DNA of 63,628 nucleotides from a virus (lineage: Duplodnaviria > Caudoviricetes), in the IMG/VR virus record IMGVR_UViG_3300048554_000002, positions 1-63,628 of that record; one strand, given 5' to 3'. This document shows positions 44,543 through 54,250 of this stretch, piece by piece. The position numbers and the translations under genes are program-made. The first letter of the stretch is position 1; each line of letters begins with the position of its first letter. The notes beneath the pieces are model-generated. The model did no database searches and was not told where the DNA came from. It saw only the letters and a list, made by a program, of their open reading frames with translations.

Positions 44543-47344
44543 ATGAAAACAAAACGATTTTTGGAGCTAATTCTAGCGCACGAAGGGGAATATTGCGTTT
44601 GGGCCAACAGGAACGGGCGGGTACAGCAAACCTTCCACGCATCTGTAGATGACCTGTTACAGGCAGGACGCGACTTAGATAGCAACGGGTGGAACGCCTT
44701 CTTTGCGATGGGAACGTTTTTTGACAGCAGTTCCCGTGAAGCGACCAACGTGCAGTGGATGAAGTCTTTCTACTTAGATTTAGACTGTGGCCCCGACAAA
44801 GAGTTTCCATCCCAAGCAGTAGCCATAGACGCGCTACGCACCTTCTGTGAAAATAACGGCTTGCCCACACCCACGCTTGTGAACTCAGGACGTGGCGTAC
44901 ACGTATACTGGATATTGTCCGAGCCTGTGTGTAGGGAAGATTGGTGGCCTGTAGCCGAACGTCTAAAGATGTTATGTAGGGATCAAGGTTTTGAGGCCGA
45001 CCCCTCGCGTACTTCTGACGCTGCTAGTATTCTGCGCATACCAAACACACGTAACCACAAGTACGAGGAACCACTACCTGTAGAATTTTATGGGATAGAA
45101 GACTTCGATACTGTGGACTTTGACACGTTTGCCACGCTGTTAGGCGATGATCCGATACCAGTACCCAAGAAACGCGAGACATCGGCGGTCAGCGCTTTCA
45201 AAGACGCGATGTACCAAAACTATAAAGGTAGCTTCAAGCGTCTGTTGCTGAAGACCAAGAACGGTACGGGCTGCAACCAGATCAAACACATAATAAAACA
45301 TCAAGGTAGCGTGTCGCACGACCTATGGCGAGCGGGGTTATCAATAGCCAACGTGTGCGAGGACGGGGCAGAAGCGGCTCACATAATGTCTGCGCAGCAC
45401 GAAGATTACAGTGTGCAGGGCACACTAAAGAAGATGGAAGATACAGGCGGTCCACACTTCTGTAGCACGATAGAACGGCTGAACCCTGACGGGTGCGAGG
45501 GTTGTCCAAACAAGGGTAAGATCACAACCCCTGCGGTGCTTACAAAAGAAATCAAAGAAGCTACGCCAGAAGACAATATTATAGAGGAAATAGATGGGGA
45601 TAGTACGAAGCAGATCACAATACCTGCACTGCCAAGACCATATTTTAGGGGGCAGAACGGGGGCGTGTACCTACGCACTGTGAACTCAAATGATGAACCC
45701 GAAGAAATTTGTGTGTACCACAACGACTTCTATGTAACGCGCAGGCTGCACGATGTTGAGCTTGGGGAAGTCATAGCTTTTGCTTTACACCTACCAAGGG
45801 ATGGGGTTCGAGAGTTTGTAGTCCCGCTATCAGCTATTACATCAAGGGAAGAGTTCCGCAAACACATGTCCATGAAGGGCATAACCACATTCGGGAAGGA
45901 CGTAGACAAGCTAATGGCCTACACAGCAGCATGGATAAACGAGTTACAACAAACAACTACCGCTAGTGAAGCGCACCAACAGTTCGGTTGGGTTGATGAA
46001 GACACGATGGATGCGTTTGTGTTAGGTGACCAACTGATTACGGCAGCGGGTACAGAATACAACCCACCGTCAAGTAAGACTGCGGGGTTGATAGACGCGT
46101 TTAGGCCAAAAGGTTCTAGGGAGCGTAGTAGGGAGCTACTCGACTTTTACGCACAAGAAGGCATGGAGCTACAACAGTTCACTATATGCGGGGCTTTCGG
46201 CACTATCCTCATGCCCTTGACTGGGTTGTATAGTCTAGGTGTGCATCTGTTTGGTGAGACAGGTGGTGGTAAGACAACGGCTATGTACACAAACACGTCC
46301 ATATGGGGGGAGCCACGTCCACTGACGTTGACCAAGAAAGATACAGAAAACTCTAGGATGAACCGCGCCGAGGTCATGCACAATCTGGGGTTAAACACGG
46401 ATGAGATGACCAACATCCACGGCAAGCAAGCGTCCGACTACGCGTACCAATTATCAGAAGGAACGCAGAAGAACCGGATGGCAGGTGGCGGCAACTACGA
46501 ACGTGTTAGGGGTAAGCCGTGGCGTCTGATAGCTTTCTCCACAGGTAACATTAGTATTTACGCACAGATGGCTATGGCCAAGGGCGACACCAAAGCAGAG
46601 ATGCAGCGGCTGCTCGAATTACGTGTGGATGAAATACCCAAAGTAGCTGTTGACCCTGCGGTATCCGCTAGTCTGTACAAAGACGTACAAGCCAACTACG
46701 GCCACTTTGGTCCCGAGTACGTGCAATACGTCATTCAAAACAAAGACACTATCAAGGCTGACTACGAAACCATAAAAGCCAGATTAGACAAAGCCGCAGG
46801 GTTGGATCAGAAGAACCGTTTCTGGTCTGGTGGGTGTTCCGCTATATTAGTCGGAGCCTTGGCCGCAAAACGAGCAGGCATAATAGATTATGATATGAAG
46901 AAGCTGTTTAAGTGGGTAGTGGGGCAACTTATACGGGTAAAAGCGTTTGTAGATGATAGCACCGCGTCTGTCCAAACACTGGTCACAGAATTTACTACCG
47001 AACATTGGGGTAGCATACTGAAGATCAAAAGCACCGACACTGCACAAGAAGCGGAAGGTATTACGCCCATGGTTATACCCGACCAGAACCCAAGAGGCTC
47101 TTTGGTTGCGCGATACGAGACAGATACAAACATGCTATATATTGTACCCAAACCGTTCAAGAAGTGGCTTGGCGAACAGAAGCTAGACTACACTAGCACG
47201 GTAGAGGGGATGCAGCGCGAGATGGGGGCTAAACGCAAACAGATGCGGTTGTCCAAAGGCACTAACTTTAACCTGCCTCCGATACGCGCCATTGCAGTAG
47301 AGTTAAAGGGTTTTACCGTTGTACCAAAAGCCACTGAGGATTGA
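44543..47344 (+). CDS. Primase-helicase (AEP/RepB-like primase + DUF927 + P-loop helicase)
   Basis: YLDLD, NSGRGVHVYW, LRIP.T.N, a Cys cluster (C...CEGC), QQFGW and Walker A GETGGGKT. Confidence 0.85.
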   Translation: MKTKRFLELILAHEGEYCVWANRNGRVQQTFHASVDDLLQAGRDLDSNGWNAFFAMGTFFDSSSREATNVQWMKSFYLDLDCGPDKEFPSQAVAIDALRTFCENNGLPTPTLVNSGRGVHVYWILSEPVCREDWWPVAERLKMLCRDQGFEADPSRTSDAASILRIPNTRNHKYEEPLPVEFYGIEDFDTVDFDTFATLLGDDPIPVPKKRETSAVSAFKDAMYQNYKGSFKRLLLKTKNGTGCNQIKHIIKHQGSVSHDLWRAGLSIANVCEDGAEAAHIMSAQHEDYSVQGTLKKMEDTGGPHFCSTIERLNPDGCEGCPNKGKITTPAVLTKEIKEATPEDNIIEEIDGDSTKQITIPALPRPYFRGQNGGVYLRTVNSNDEPEEICVYHNDFYVTRRLHDVELGEVIAFALHLPRDGVREFVVPLSAITSREEFRKHMSMKGITTFGKDVDKLMAYTAAWINELQQTTTASEAHQQFGWVDEDTMDAFVLGDQLITAAGTEYNPPSSKTAGLIDAFRPKGSRERSRELLDFYAQEGMELQQFTICGAFGTILMPLTGLYSLGVHLFGETGGGKTTAMYTNTSIWGEPRPLTLTKKDTENSRMNRAEVMHNLGLNTDEMTNIHGKQASDYAYQLSEGTQKNRMAGGGNYERVRGKPWRLIAFSTGNISIYAQMAMAKGDTKAEMQRLLELRVDEIPKVAVDPAVSASLYKDVQANYGHFGPEYVQYVIQNKDTIKADYETIKARLDKAAGLDQKNRFWSGGCSAILVGALAAKRAGIIDYDMKKLFKWVVGQLIRVKAFVDDSTASVQTLVTEFTTEHWGSILKIKSTDTAQEAEGITPMVIPDQNPRGSLVARYETDTNMLYIVPKPFKKWLGEQKLDYTSTVEGMQREMGAKRKQMRLSKGTNFNLPPIRAIAVELKGFTVVPKATED

Positions 47345-47546
47345 TGATCTAGCGCCAGACCAAGTGAAGATCATCGTTGATTGGGACGCCATGGTGGTGG
47401 GGGCGTCCGTTTTTATCCCTTGCGTAAATAATATCAAGGCAAAGAAACAACTGATTGAAGTAGCAACGCGCAAAAATTGGAACGTCGAGATACGGGTTCG
47501 GGTGGAAAACGGTATGTTTGGGGTTCGCATGTGGCGAACTGTGTGA
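47319..47546 (+). CDS. Small hypothetical protein
   Basis: 75 aa with W..MVVGASVFIP...GVRMWR. Confidence 0.65.
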   Translation: MYQKPLRIDDLAPDQVKIIVDWDAMVVGASVFIPCVNNIKAKKQLIEVATRKNWNVEIRVRVENGMFGVRMWRTV

Positions 47547-47593
47547 TACTTGTTAGGTGACAAGCTAGACTTCTTGTCGTTCTCCTCCCACTG

Positions 47594-47619
47594 CCCCCGC
47601 CACTGTGCGGGGGATTTTT
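47594..47619 (+). terminator. Terminator at the convergence of the two transcription blocks
   Basis: CCCCCGC-CACTGT-GCGGGGG-ATTTTT. Confidence 0.65.
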
Positions 47620-50600
47620 AGTCGAATAGCTGTATCCCCTGATCGTATTCGTCCAAGCTACGCAGCATAAACGGCGTGTATTCAATACCACCCACCATCT
47701 TCTTAGTACGCGTATCGAACGCTCTGCGTGACTTCTTGATTGTATCAGGCATGATTAGGTTTTTACTACGTGCACTTCTAGGTAACTCACGATTATAGTC
47801 TCGTATCTTTTTCAACGCTTCACGGTATCCAGAGGCATCACCATTAGCAGCGGCAATATTCGCAGCGCGTAACAAACGTGTACGTTCGGTTCTAAGGAAC
47901 GCATCTTTCCGCCGCTCGTTCTTGTTTATCTCATAAGTTTTTATGACATCAGCGTTCGCAAACCCGGCAAACTGCCCGAGTACCTGCATCACCCCAATAT
48001 CTTCTACCACGGCGTCACCTCTACGGGTTTCGACTTCACCTGTCGCAGCCTGTTTACCGCCTTTGATTATGTTTCTCGCCGCCGCGGGTAGGATTGCTTC
48101 CGTACCTTTAAGTATTTCGCCTTCTTGTACCAAGCCTACACCACGTTCAATACTCAACCCGATACCTACGATTGGACCACCTAGCTGCTCAATCAGAGTA
48201 AAGAATTGTGATTGATCCTTCTCAATGATTGGTGGGCGGTACAGCAGACTGTTCAGGCTGATACGGCTTGCAACCTCTACACCCAAGGCTTCGTTTATAA
48301 CGCCTTTGTACAAACCTTCGCCTACAGTCTTACGGAGCATTGCATCGAAATCATCTTCGTCATCATCTACAAACAAGTCGTATATCTGACCCAACGCACC
48401 CATCAACGGCATACCTGCTACACCTGCGAACAACCCTGTAGATACAAGGAAGCGACCTAGCTGTTTCTGTGCGATGCGACGATTAACTTTATCGTCTTCT
48501 GTCTTGGCAGTCTTAAACGCCTCGTCTGTCATACGCGCCATCATGTAGTATTTACTGATAGCGAACCGCTTAAACAACATGGCCATGTTGCCGATACCCG
48601 ACTGTGCATAAACTGGACGCCCTGCAGAAGCAGTAGCACCAAGGGTAAACTCTGTCTCTGTCACCGCAGTCATGGCTGCTTGACGCTTTTCATCTATGGT
48701 AAGCTCGCTGCCCTTTTCCGCTTCCGCTTTACTCTTACCCGTTTTAAGAAGCGCAGCGGCTTTCTTTGCTTTTATACTATCTACTTCCAACATATAGGTA
48801 GCTGTCATGGCGACTTCGCGGTTGTAACGTTCTGCATGGTGAAACAGGAAGCTGTTCCATGAGTTTATCTTTTCCATGACATCTTTGGTGTTACCCATGT
48901 CAAGCTGCTCTTGGTTCAGCGTCTGGTTTATCTGCGCGTTTTCAGTAGCTACCTCTGCCAATACCTCTATATCTCGCAGTTCCTTTGGTAAGTCCGCTGC
49001 GTCGAAGTCATAATTTGCTATGGAGAACCCAGCCATACCCGTGTTGACTTTGCGGTCCGTCATCTTGCCGTTTGGCCCCATGACCTGCACCATCTTTTCT
49101 TTTGGGCTACGCGCAAGGATCGCGCTTGCTGAACCCATTGCCTTCATGGCAGCTTTGTCACCGTACTTGCCCATCAACCGTGGGGCGGTACTCATAAACA
49201 CATCGAATGTGGTGATAGCCGCGGAGGATAAGTTGAAGCCCATGGTCCAACCGTAACCTGCAGAGGTGGCAACTTGCGACCAACGGGGCACTGTAGGACG
49301 CTGCGCAAAGTTTGCTATCTGCTCAAGTTTATCTCGGAACAAACCTACATCTGTGGATGTCTTTTCTGCAGGGGCAAACTCACGGAGTTCGTTCTTAAAC
49401 CCCTGTATCTTAGCACCGTATTGCATCTGCACGATCTGGCGGTTGTAGTCACGTCCCTTGTTCTGCACCATGTCTACAAGATCAAAGGCTTCCTCGGCCA
49501 TCCCTGTGGGTGTCTTGTCACCCAAGAAACCACGTACATCTCCACGTTTGCGGAACGACTGCATAAACGAACGTTCGGGCATCATATCCAAAGCCAACGC
49601 AGCAATACTGTCAATGGTGGTGGCGTCTACATCGTTGGCCTTCAGTGTCTGTAACACGTTAAACACAAAAGAATCGGGCGGGGCTTGCGAGAAACTAGCC
49701 ACGGTACTAGACGTACCTTCTTCCCAATCTTTTAAGATATACGCACGGCGCTTATCGCCTTGTGGAAGTTTAGCTAAAACCCCATCGTTGTATTCTTTTA
49801 GGTTGCGTTTAGCTTTCTCCCGCAACCGTTCAGACGTAAAGTATTCTACAAAACGTTCTACCTTACCTGTCTTTGGGTCTATGGTGTTATACGCTAGGCG
49901 AAAGTTACCTTGACGGGTCAACGGAGCAAACGGTTTGATAACCCCACGATCCATGTTCAATAGCTTCGCTAGTTTGTCTATGGCTTTCTTACGTGTGGCT
50001 GCGTCTTTTATAGTAGCTGCAAGGTTTTCATCTATCGACTTCATAACTTCAGCCGTGCTCGCCTCGAATGTGTTGGTGACTACCGCGTATAGATTTTGAC
50101 CTTCTTTACCTAAACTCTTCCACTTCTTATGTAAGTCTGCGTGGATCGCTCGGGCTTCTTTTTCGTTATACCCTTCCGCATTCTTGTCACGCCCATAGGC
50201 TTTATTAAAGTCAGCCTGTCTGGGATCAATACGTTCGTATGTTGCGTTCGGCACCAAGGCTTGCAACGTGTTGAATTTTTCAAGGTTGTCTTTCTTAAAC
50301 TTGCGTAGATCAGCTACGATAGGATCAAGCCGTTCGTTACGCTCCCGTAACGCGGAACTCATACCGTTGATGATGTTGTTTAATTGTGGAGCCATAGGTA
50401 TTTTAGACTCCGCCAACCGCCCTAAGATGTTTACGGGCTGCAAATTCAAGAATACTTTTTTGGCCACTGGGGGTATCGCGGAACCCATAAGCTCTTTGGC
50501 TTGATCGTAGAAGTTTTTATCCGCGTTTATAACCTTTGCGCCTAGTTCATTGATGGCCTGTGCCGCACCTGCAGGTGTTTTTATCTTCAGATACATCTTA

Positions 50601-53600
50601 GTAGCTGCGCGGCCATCGTAATCTGCGGCGATCATTTCTTGCACAAGCTCGTCGATTGCTTGATACGCAGAGTTATCCGGTACGTTCGGGCGTCCAAGCA
50701 GTGTCCTAACAAAATTAGAGATGGCTCGTACCATCTGCTGCCACGGATTACGTCCTTTGATTGTAGTCAACTTCAGTTGTGTTTGGAACTCAGGGTTGGA
50801 CAGCGCCTCTGCAACGAACTCATCCATCGTGGTCAGTCCGTATTCGTCAGCTAGTTGTTCCTTGGTTTCTTCAAACAACCTGTTTAGCTTTTTAGTCAGA
50901 GGATGCGATTTGTTTGCGATGATCCCAGACGTAGCCGCGTGTAACGCTTCGTGCAATAACGCGTGCCCGGTAAACCCTGTGTCTTTGTCTAGGTATATCG
51001 TGTTATCAGCAGGATCGAAGTAACCAGCTACCGGAGCGCCATCTTCCGCACGCAGGTTTTTTCTAGCTACAATCTTGGTGCCGCCCAAAGTTTCCGCGAG
51101 GCGCTTGGATAGCAACGCTATATCTTTCGACGGAGTAGTGAACCGCAATGCGTTCAGCGCGTCCACCAAGTTACCTTTGTTGATAGCATCTTTTACAGAC
51201 GGGCGTATCGGTGTGTCTATCACCAGCTCGGCGGGAAGCTGTAAGTCTTTTGCACTGATAATTTCTAGTTCCGCTAATTCTTCAGGAGTTAGCCTAGACC
51301 GTGCTTCAGCCACCCTATCTTTAGCATTATAATTAGCCTGTGCAGCGCGTGCTTGGCTTTCCATCTGTATTCCTGCCTTAACGTAGCTTTGTAGCTCGGC
51401 AGACATGCCCGTGTCTTTAGATGTTAGCCAATCAGTAATTCTACGCGCACTGGTTTTGCCCATGGATGGCAAATTGTTTTTTGGGTCTGACGTATAAAAC
51501 TTAGCCAACACAGGGTCATCTTTGTATTCTTGTGCGTTGCGTGTTCTGTCAGGCGTTTGCATACCTACATCGTATATTATTGCGTCTAGCGCAGCGGTAA
51601 ACGTAGGGAACTGATTGAAGTATTTTTGTACTGAGTTTGCAAGTTGTGAGCCTTTTGCTTTTGTGCGTTTGGCATCCATCAACTTGAGTATTTTGTTTTT
51701 GTCGGAAGCGGTCATAGGCGCTGCAGGCGCATCCTTATCAGAATCTGCTTTACCTTGACGTTGTATATCTGCATCTTGTTCCGCGAATTTTGCTGCTTGT
51801 GTTGTATCAGCTTCTTTTGCCTTGGCTGTTTCCGCACGCTTCTTGGTGGCCGCATCGGCCTTTTGTGTGGCGAACGTCTGTTTTGTAGTTTCTTTCACGG
51901 GTTCAGGCGCTAACGTAGGGTCTTCCACAAACTGTGGTTTACCTTCTGCGACTAGCGTTTGTTTGTTCACACGTACTCGAGTGCCGGGTATCCGTTGACG
52001 TGTTACAGGGCGATCTGGACCTTGGCGCTCGCGTCCTTCTAGTGTAGTTGGCTGCGGTTCCGCTGGTGCATCAGCTCTCCCAACGCCTCGCACAGTGCGT
52101 CCCACTCCTCGTCCGTCAGGTGCCGTAGTATCGGGGGTACTAGGAGCGGCTGCGGTGGGTCCGTCTGCACTGCTTGGTCCAACAGGCGGAACGCCAACTC
52201 CACTTGTTGCTGTGTCAACTGGTCTAGCATCTAATGGCTCCCCTGCATCTTTCATGGTGAGTGTAGATTTTTGAATAGTTTTAGGTTTTACGGGGTAAAC
52301 AAATTGTTCCTCGTTTGCTGTATCCTCCGCAAAAGCTGTGGGTGTATCTGGCTCTCTTAGCGGTCTAGCCTGCTTAATCTCTGCTACTTTATTCCGTACC
52401 GCTAACTTTTCTTGCTTGGTCAGCGTAGGTCGAGTCATACCCGCAGCAGTTATAGCCTTTTCTACAGCTTTCTCAGTATTTACTACGCTACTGGTTGTAG
52501 ATGCGGCTAACGCTTTGTCTACTACTTCCTTACGTCGATCCGCGGCTTGACGAAACGGGGCTTCCTGTGCGGCCTTAACTTGTGGGGCAGCGGTCCTAGC
52601 AAACAAATCTTTTTCTTGCGCCTCGGCCCTACCACGCCGTACCGCTGCATTGTCTTGTTGAGCAAGTACATCTAATAAATCAGGCTGCGCTTCGTCAAAC
52701 TTCCTTACACCTTCTAAAGTTTCCGCTACAGGTTCTTGTACTTCTCGTACTCTACCCTGCTCGTCTAACTCTACTCTTGGTGCTGCAGGACGCGCTGCAT
52801 CTCGTGCCGCGGCTTCTGGTGATCTTCTACGTTCCGCTTCTAATTCTGCGGCTAACAAATCAGGTTGTTCAAACGCTGCTACATCGTCCCGTTGTAAGGC
52901 GGCTTGTTCCTCGCGTTTACGCGCTTGTCCCTGTGGGTCTAACTTATTTGCAGCCGCCTGAGTCACAATGGAAGGATCACGTTCTACTACAGGCGTGGTA
53001 AGCTCATCCTCTATTTCTTCTTGTGCACGTTGCGCTAATTTAGTGCCCCGTTTTTGCATTTCTTCGGAAACAACAGTTTCAAGATCAGGTAAAGATATAC
53101 CTGTTCGCGCTACGATATCTTCCATCTCTCCAAGGGCCACATCACCCTCGGCGTCAATTATTCTGCCTATATCTGCACGGGCTTGCGCATTACCCAAAGA
53201 TTTACGTTGGTCGGCAATTCGTTTTGGTGGTGCCGGTAGGAGTCCCGCAATACCCGCTTCTGGAGACGGTAGTGCCAACACTTCTTCTTGCGCTGGCGCA
53301 TCTGCTGTAGGTTTAGTTTTACGGCTGTTTGTGAACGCGTCTACGAGGAATTGGATGGTGGCACCTGCACCGCCGCCTAGCGCAGCGGACTCGCCTGTGC
53401 CTTCTAGTATGGCCCGCTCTGGGTTATACCCACGCTCTGCTAAGTTTTGTACAATCTCTGCGGTAGCTTCTTGCGCTGCTTCTGCGCCACCTGTAACGGC
53501 GGCGTTTGATATGCGTTGCCCCATAGTCTCGACTACTTCAGGGCCAAGTTGATCCATCAACCTGTTAATCACAGGGACATCTACGGAACGCATGAAGCGT

Positions 53601-54247
53601 CCTAGTGGTGCGACTTCCAAAAGACCAAACGGTGCGGCCTGACGTATTGCACGGTTACGTTCTTCTTGAGTTGCGCCTGCTGCACGGGCGCGTTCACTAG
53701 CTTCGCCTGCTGCGGTTCCTACACCTAATAGTGCGCCTGCACCTGTGGCAATCCCCGTAGTAGCGGCAGCACCAAGAGACACAGGAGCAGCAGCAATACC
53801 CGCAGCAATACCCGCAATAGGTGCAGCAAAGCCTGCAATAGAACCAAACACACTACCAATTTTGTAGCTTAGATCATCCTGATCGCCACCTTTAGGTTTT
53901 ATGGCGTCAGCAATACCTTGTATCTTGCTACGTGCAGCGAGTTCAGCTTCTTCATCTAGTAAGGTAGCGGCACCTAGTGCGGCCATCTCGCCTGTGCCTA
54001 CAAACCCTGCGCCAAAACCTTTTCGTAGATCGCCAAGTACACCTGTTTCTTCAGGAATAGGAACAAAGTCTGGTATGCCTTGTTCCATTTCGGCTTGTCG
54101 TGCTTCTTGCCGCCGTAACCGCGCAGCTTCACGGTCTGCGCGTTCTTGTTTATTTACGAGGTCTACTAAGTCTTCTTTGGATGTACCTCGTGGAGCTTCG
54201 ACTTGAACCGTCGCCCCATCGCCAAAGGTGAGCGTATGTATAGCCAT
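47618..54247 (-). CDS. Giant ejection/polyvalent protein with zincin-like metallopeptidase domain
   Basis: 2209 aa with an N-terminal G/A-rich hydrophobic segment and AGYFDP..NTIYL...LLHEALH...EFVAEA. Confidence 0.8.
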   Translation of the reverse strand: MAIHTLTFGDGATVQVEAPRGTSKEDLVDLVNKQERADREAARLRRQEARQAEMEQGIPDFVPIPEETGVLGDLRKGFGAGFVGTGEMAALGAATLLDEEAELAARSKIQGIADAIKPKGGDQDDLSYKIGSVFGSIAGFAAPIAGIAAGIAAAPVSLGAAATTGIATGAGALLGVGTAAGEASERARAAGATQEERNRAIRQAAPFGLLEVAPLGRFMRSVDVPVINRLMDQLGPEVVETMGQRISNAAVTGGAEAAQEATAEIVQNLAERGYNPERAILEGTGESAALGGGAGATIQFLVDAFTNSRKTKPTADAPAQEEVLALPSPEAGIAGLLPAPPKRIADQRKSLGNAQARADIGRIIDAEGDVALGEMEDIVARTGISLPDLETVVSEEMQKRGTKLAQRAQEEIEDELTTPVVERDPSIVTQAAANKLDPQGQARKREEQAALQRDDVAAFEQPDLLAAELEAERRRSPEAAARDAARPAAPRVELDEQGRVREVQEPVAETLEGVRKFDEAQPDLLDVLAQQDNAAVRRGRAEAQEKDLFARTAAPQVKAAQEAPFRQAADRRKEVVDKALAASTTSSVVNTEKAVEKAITAAGMTRPTLTKQEKLAVRNKVAEIKQARPLREPDTPTAFAEDTANEEQFVYPVKPKTIQKSTLTMKDAGEPLDARPVDTATSGVGVPPVGPSSADGPTAAAPSTPDTTAPDGRGVGRTVRGVGRADAPAEPQPTTLEGRERQGPDRPVTRQRIPGTRVRVNKQTLVAEGKPQFVEDPTLAPEPVKETTKQTFATQKADAATKKRAETAKAKEADTTQAAKFAEQDADIQRQGKADSDKDAPAAPMTASDKNKILKLMDAKRTKAKGSQLANSVQKYFNQFPTFTAALDAIIYDVGMQTPDRTRNAQEYKDDPVLAKFYTSDPKNNLPSMGKTSARRITDWLTSKDTGMSAELQSYVKAGIQMESQARAAQANYNAKDRVAEARSRLTPEELAELEIISAKDLQLPAELVIDTPIRPSVKDAINKGNLVDALNALRFTTPSKDIALLSKRLAETLGGTKIVARKNLRAEDGAPVAGYFDPADNTIYLDKDTGFTGHALLHEALHAATSGIIANKSHPLTKKLNRLFEETKEQLADEYGLTTMDEFVAEALSNPEFQTQLKLTTIKGRNPWQQMVRAISNFVRTLLGRPNVPDNSAYQAIDELVQEMIAADYDGRAATKMYLKIKTPAGAAQAINELGAKVINADKNFYDQAKELMGSAIPPVAKKVFLNLQPVNILGRLAESKIPMAPQLNNIINGMSSALRERNERLDPIVADLRKFKKDNLEKFNTLQALVPNATYERIDPRQADFNKAYGRDKNAEGYNEKEARAIHADLHKKWKSLGKEGQNLYAVVTNTFEASTAEVMKSIDENLAATIKDAATRKKAIDKLAKLLNMDRGVIKPFAPLTRQGNFRLAYNTIDPKTGKVERFVEYFTSERLREKAKRNLKEYNDGVLAKLPQGDKRRAYILKDWEEGTSSTVASFSQAPPDSFVFNVLQTLKANDVDATTIDSIAALALDMMPERSFMQSFRKRGDVRGFLGDKTPTGMAEEAFDLVDMVQNKGRDYNRQIVQMQYGAKIQGFKNELREFAPAEKTSTDVGLFRDKLEQIANFAQRPTVPRWSQVATSAGYGWTMGFNLSSAAITTFDVFMSTAPRLMGKYGDKAAMKAMGSASAILARSPKEKMVQVMGPNGKMTDRKVNTGMAGFSIANYDFDAADLPKELRDIEVLAEVATENAQINQTLNQEQLDMGNTKDVMEKINSWNSFLFHHAERYNREVAMTATYMLEVDSIKAKKAAALLKTGKSKAEAEKGSELTIDEKRQAAMTAVTETEFTLGATASAGRPVYAQSGIGNMAMLFKRFAISKYYMMARMTDEAFKTAKTEDDKVNRRIAQKQLGRFLVSTGLFAGVAGMPLMGALGQIYDLFVDDDEDDFDAMLRKTVGEGLYKGVINEALGVEVASRISLNSLLYRPPIIEKDQSQFFTLIEQLGGPIVGIGLSIERGVGLVQEGEILKGTEAILPAAARNIIKGGKQAATGEVETRRGDAVVEDIGVMQVLGQFAGFANADVIKTYEINKNERRKDAFLRTERTRLLRAANIAAANGDASGYREALKKIRDYNRELPRSARSKNLIMPDTIKKSRRAFDTRTKKMVGGIEYTPFMLRSLDEYDQGIQLFD

Positions 54248-54250
54248 TTA

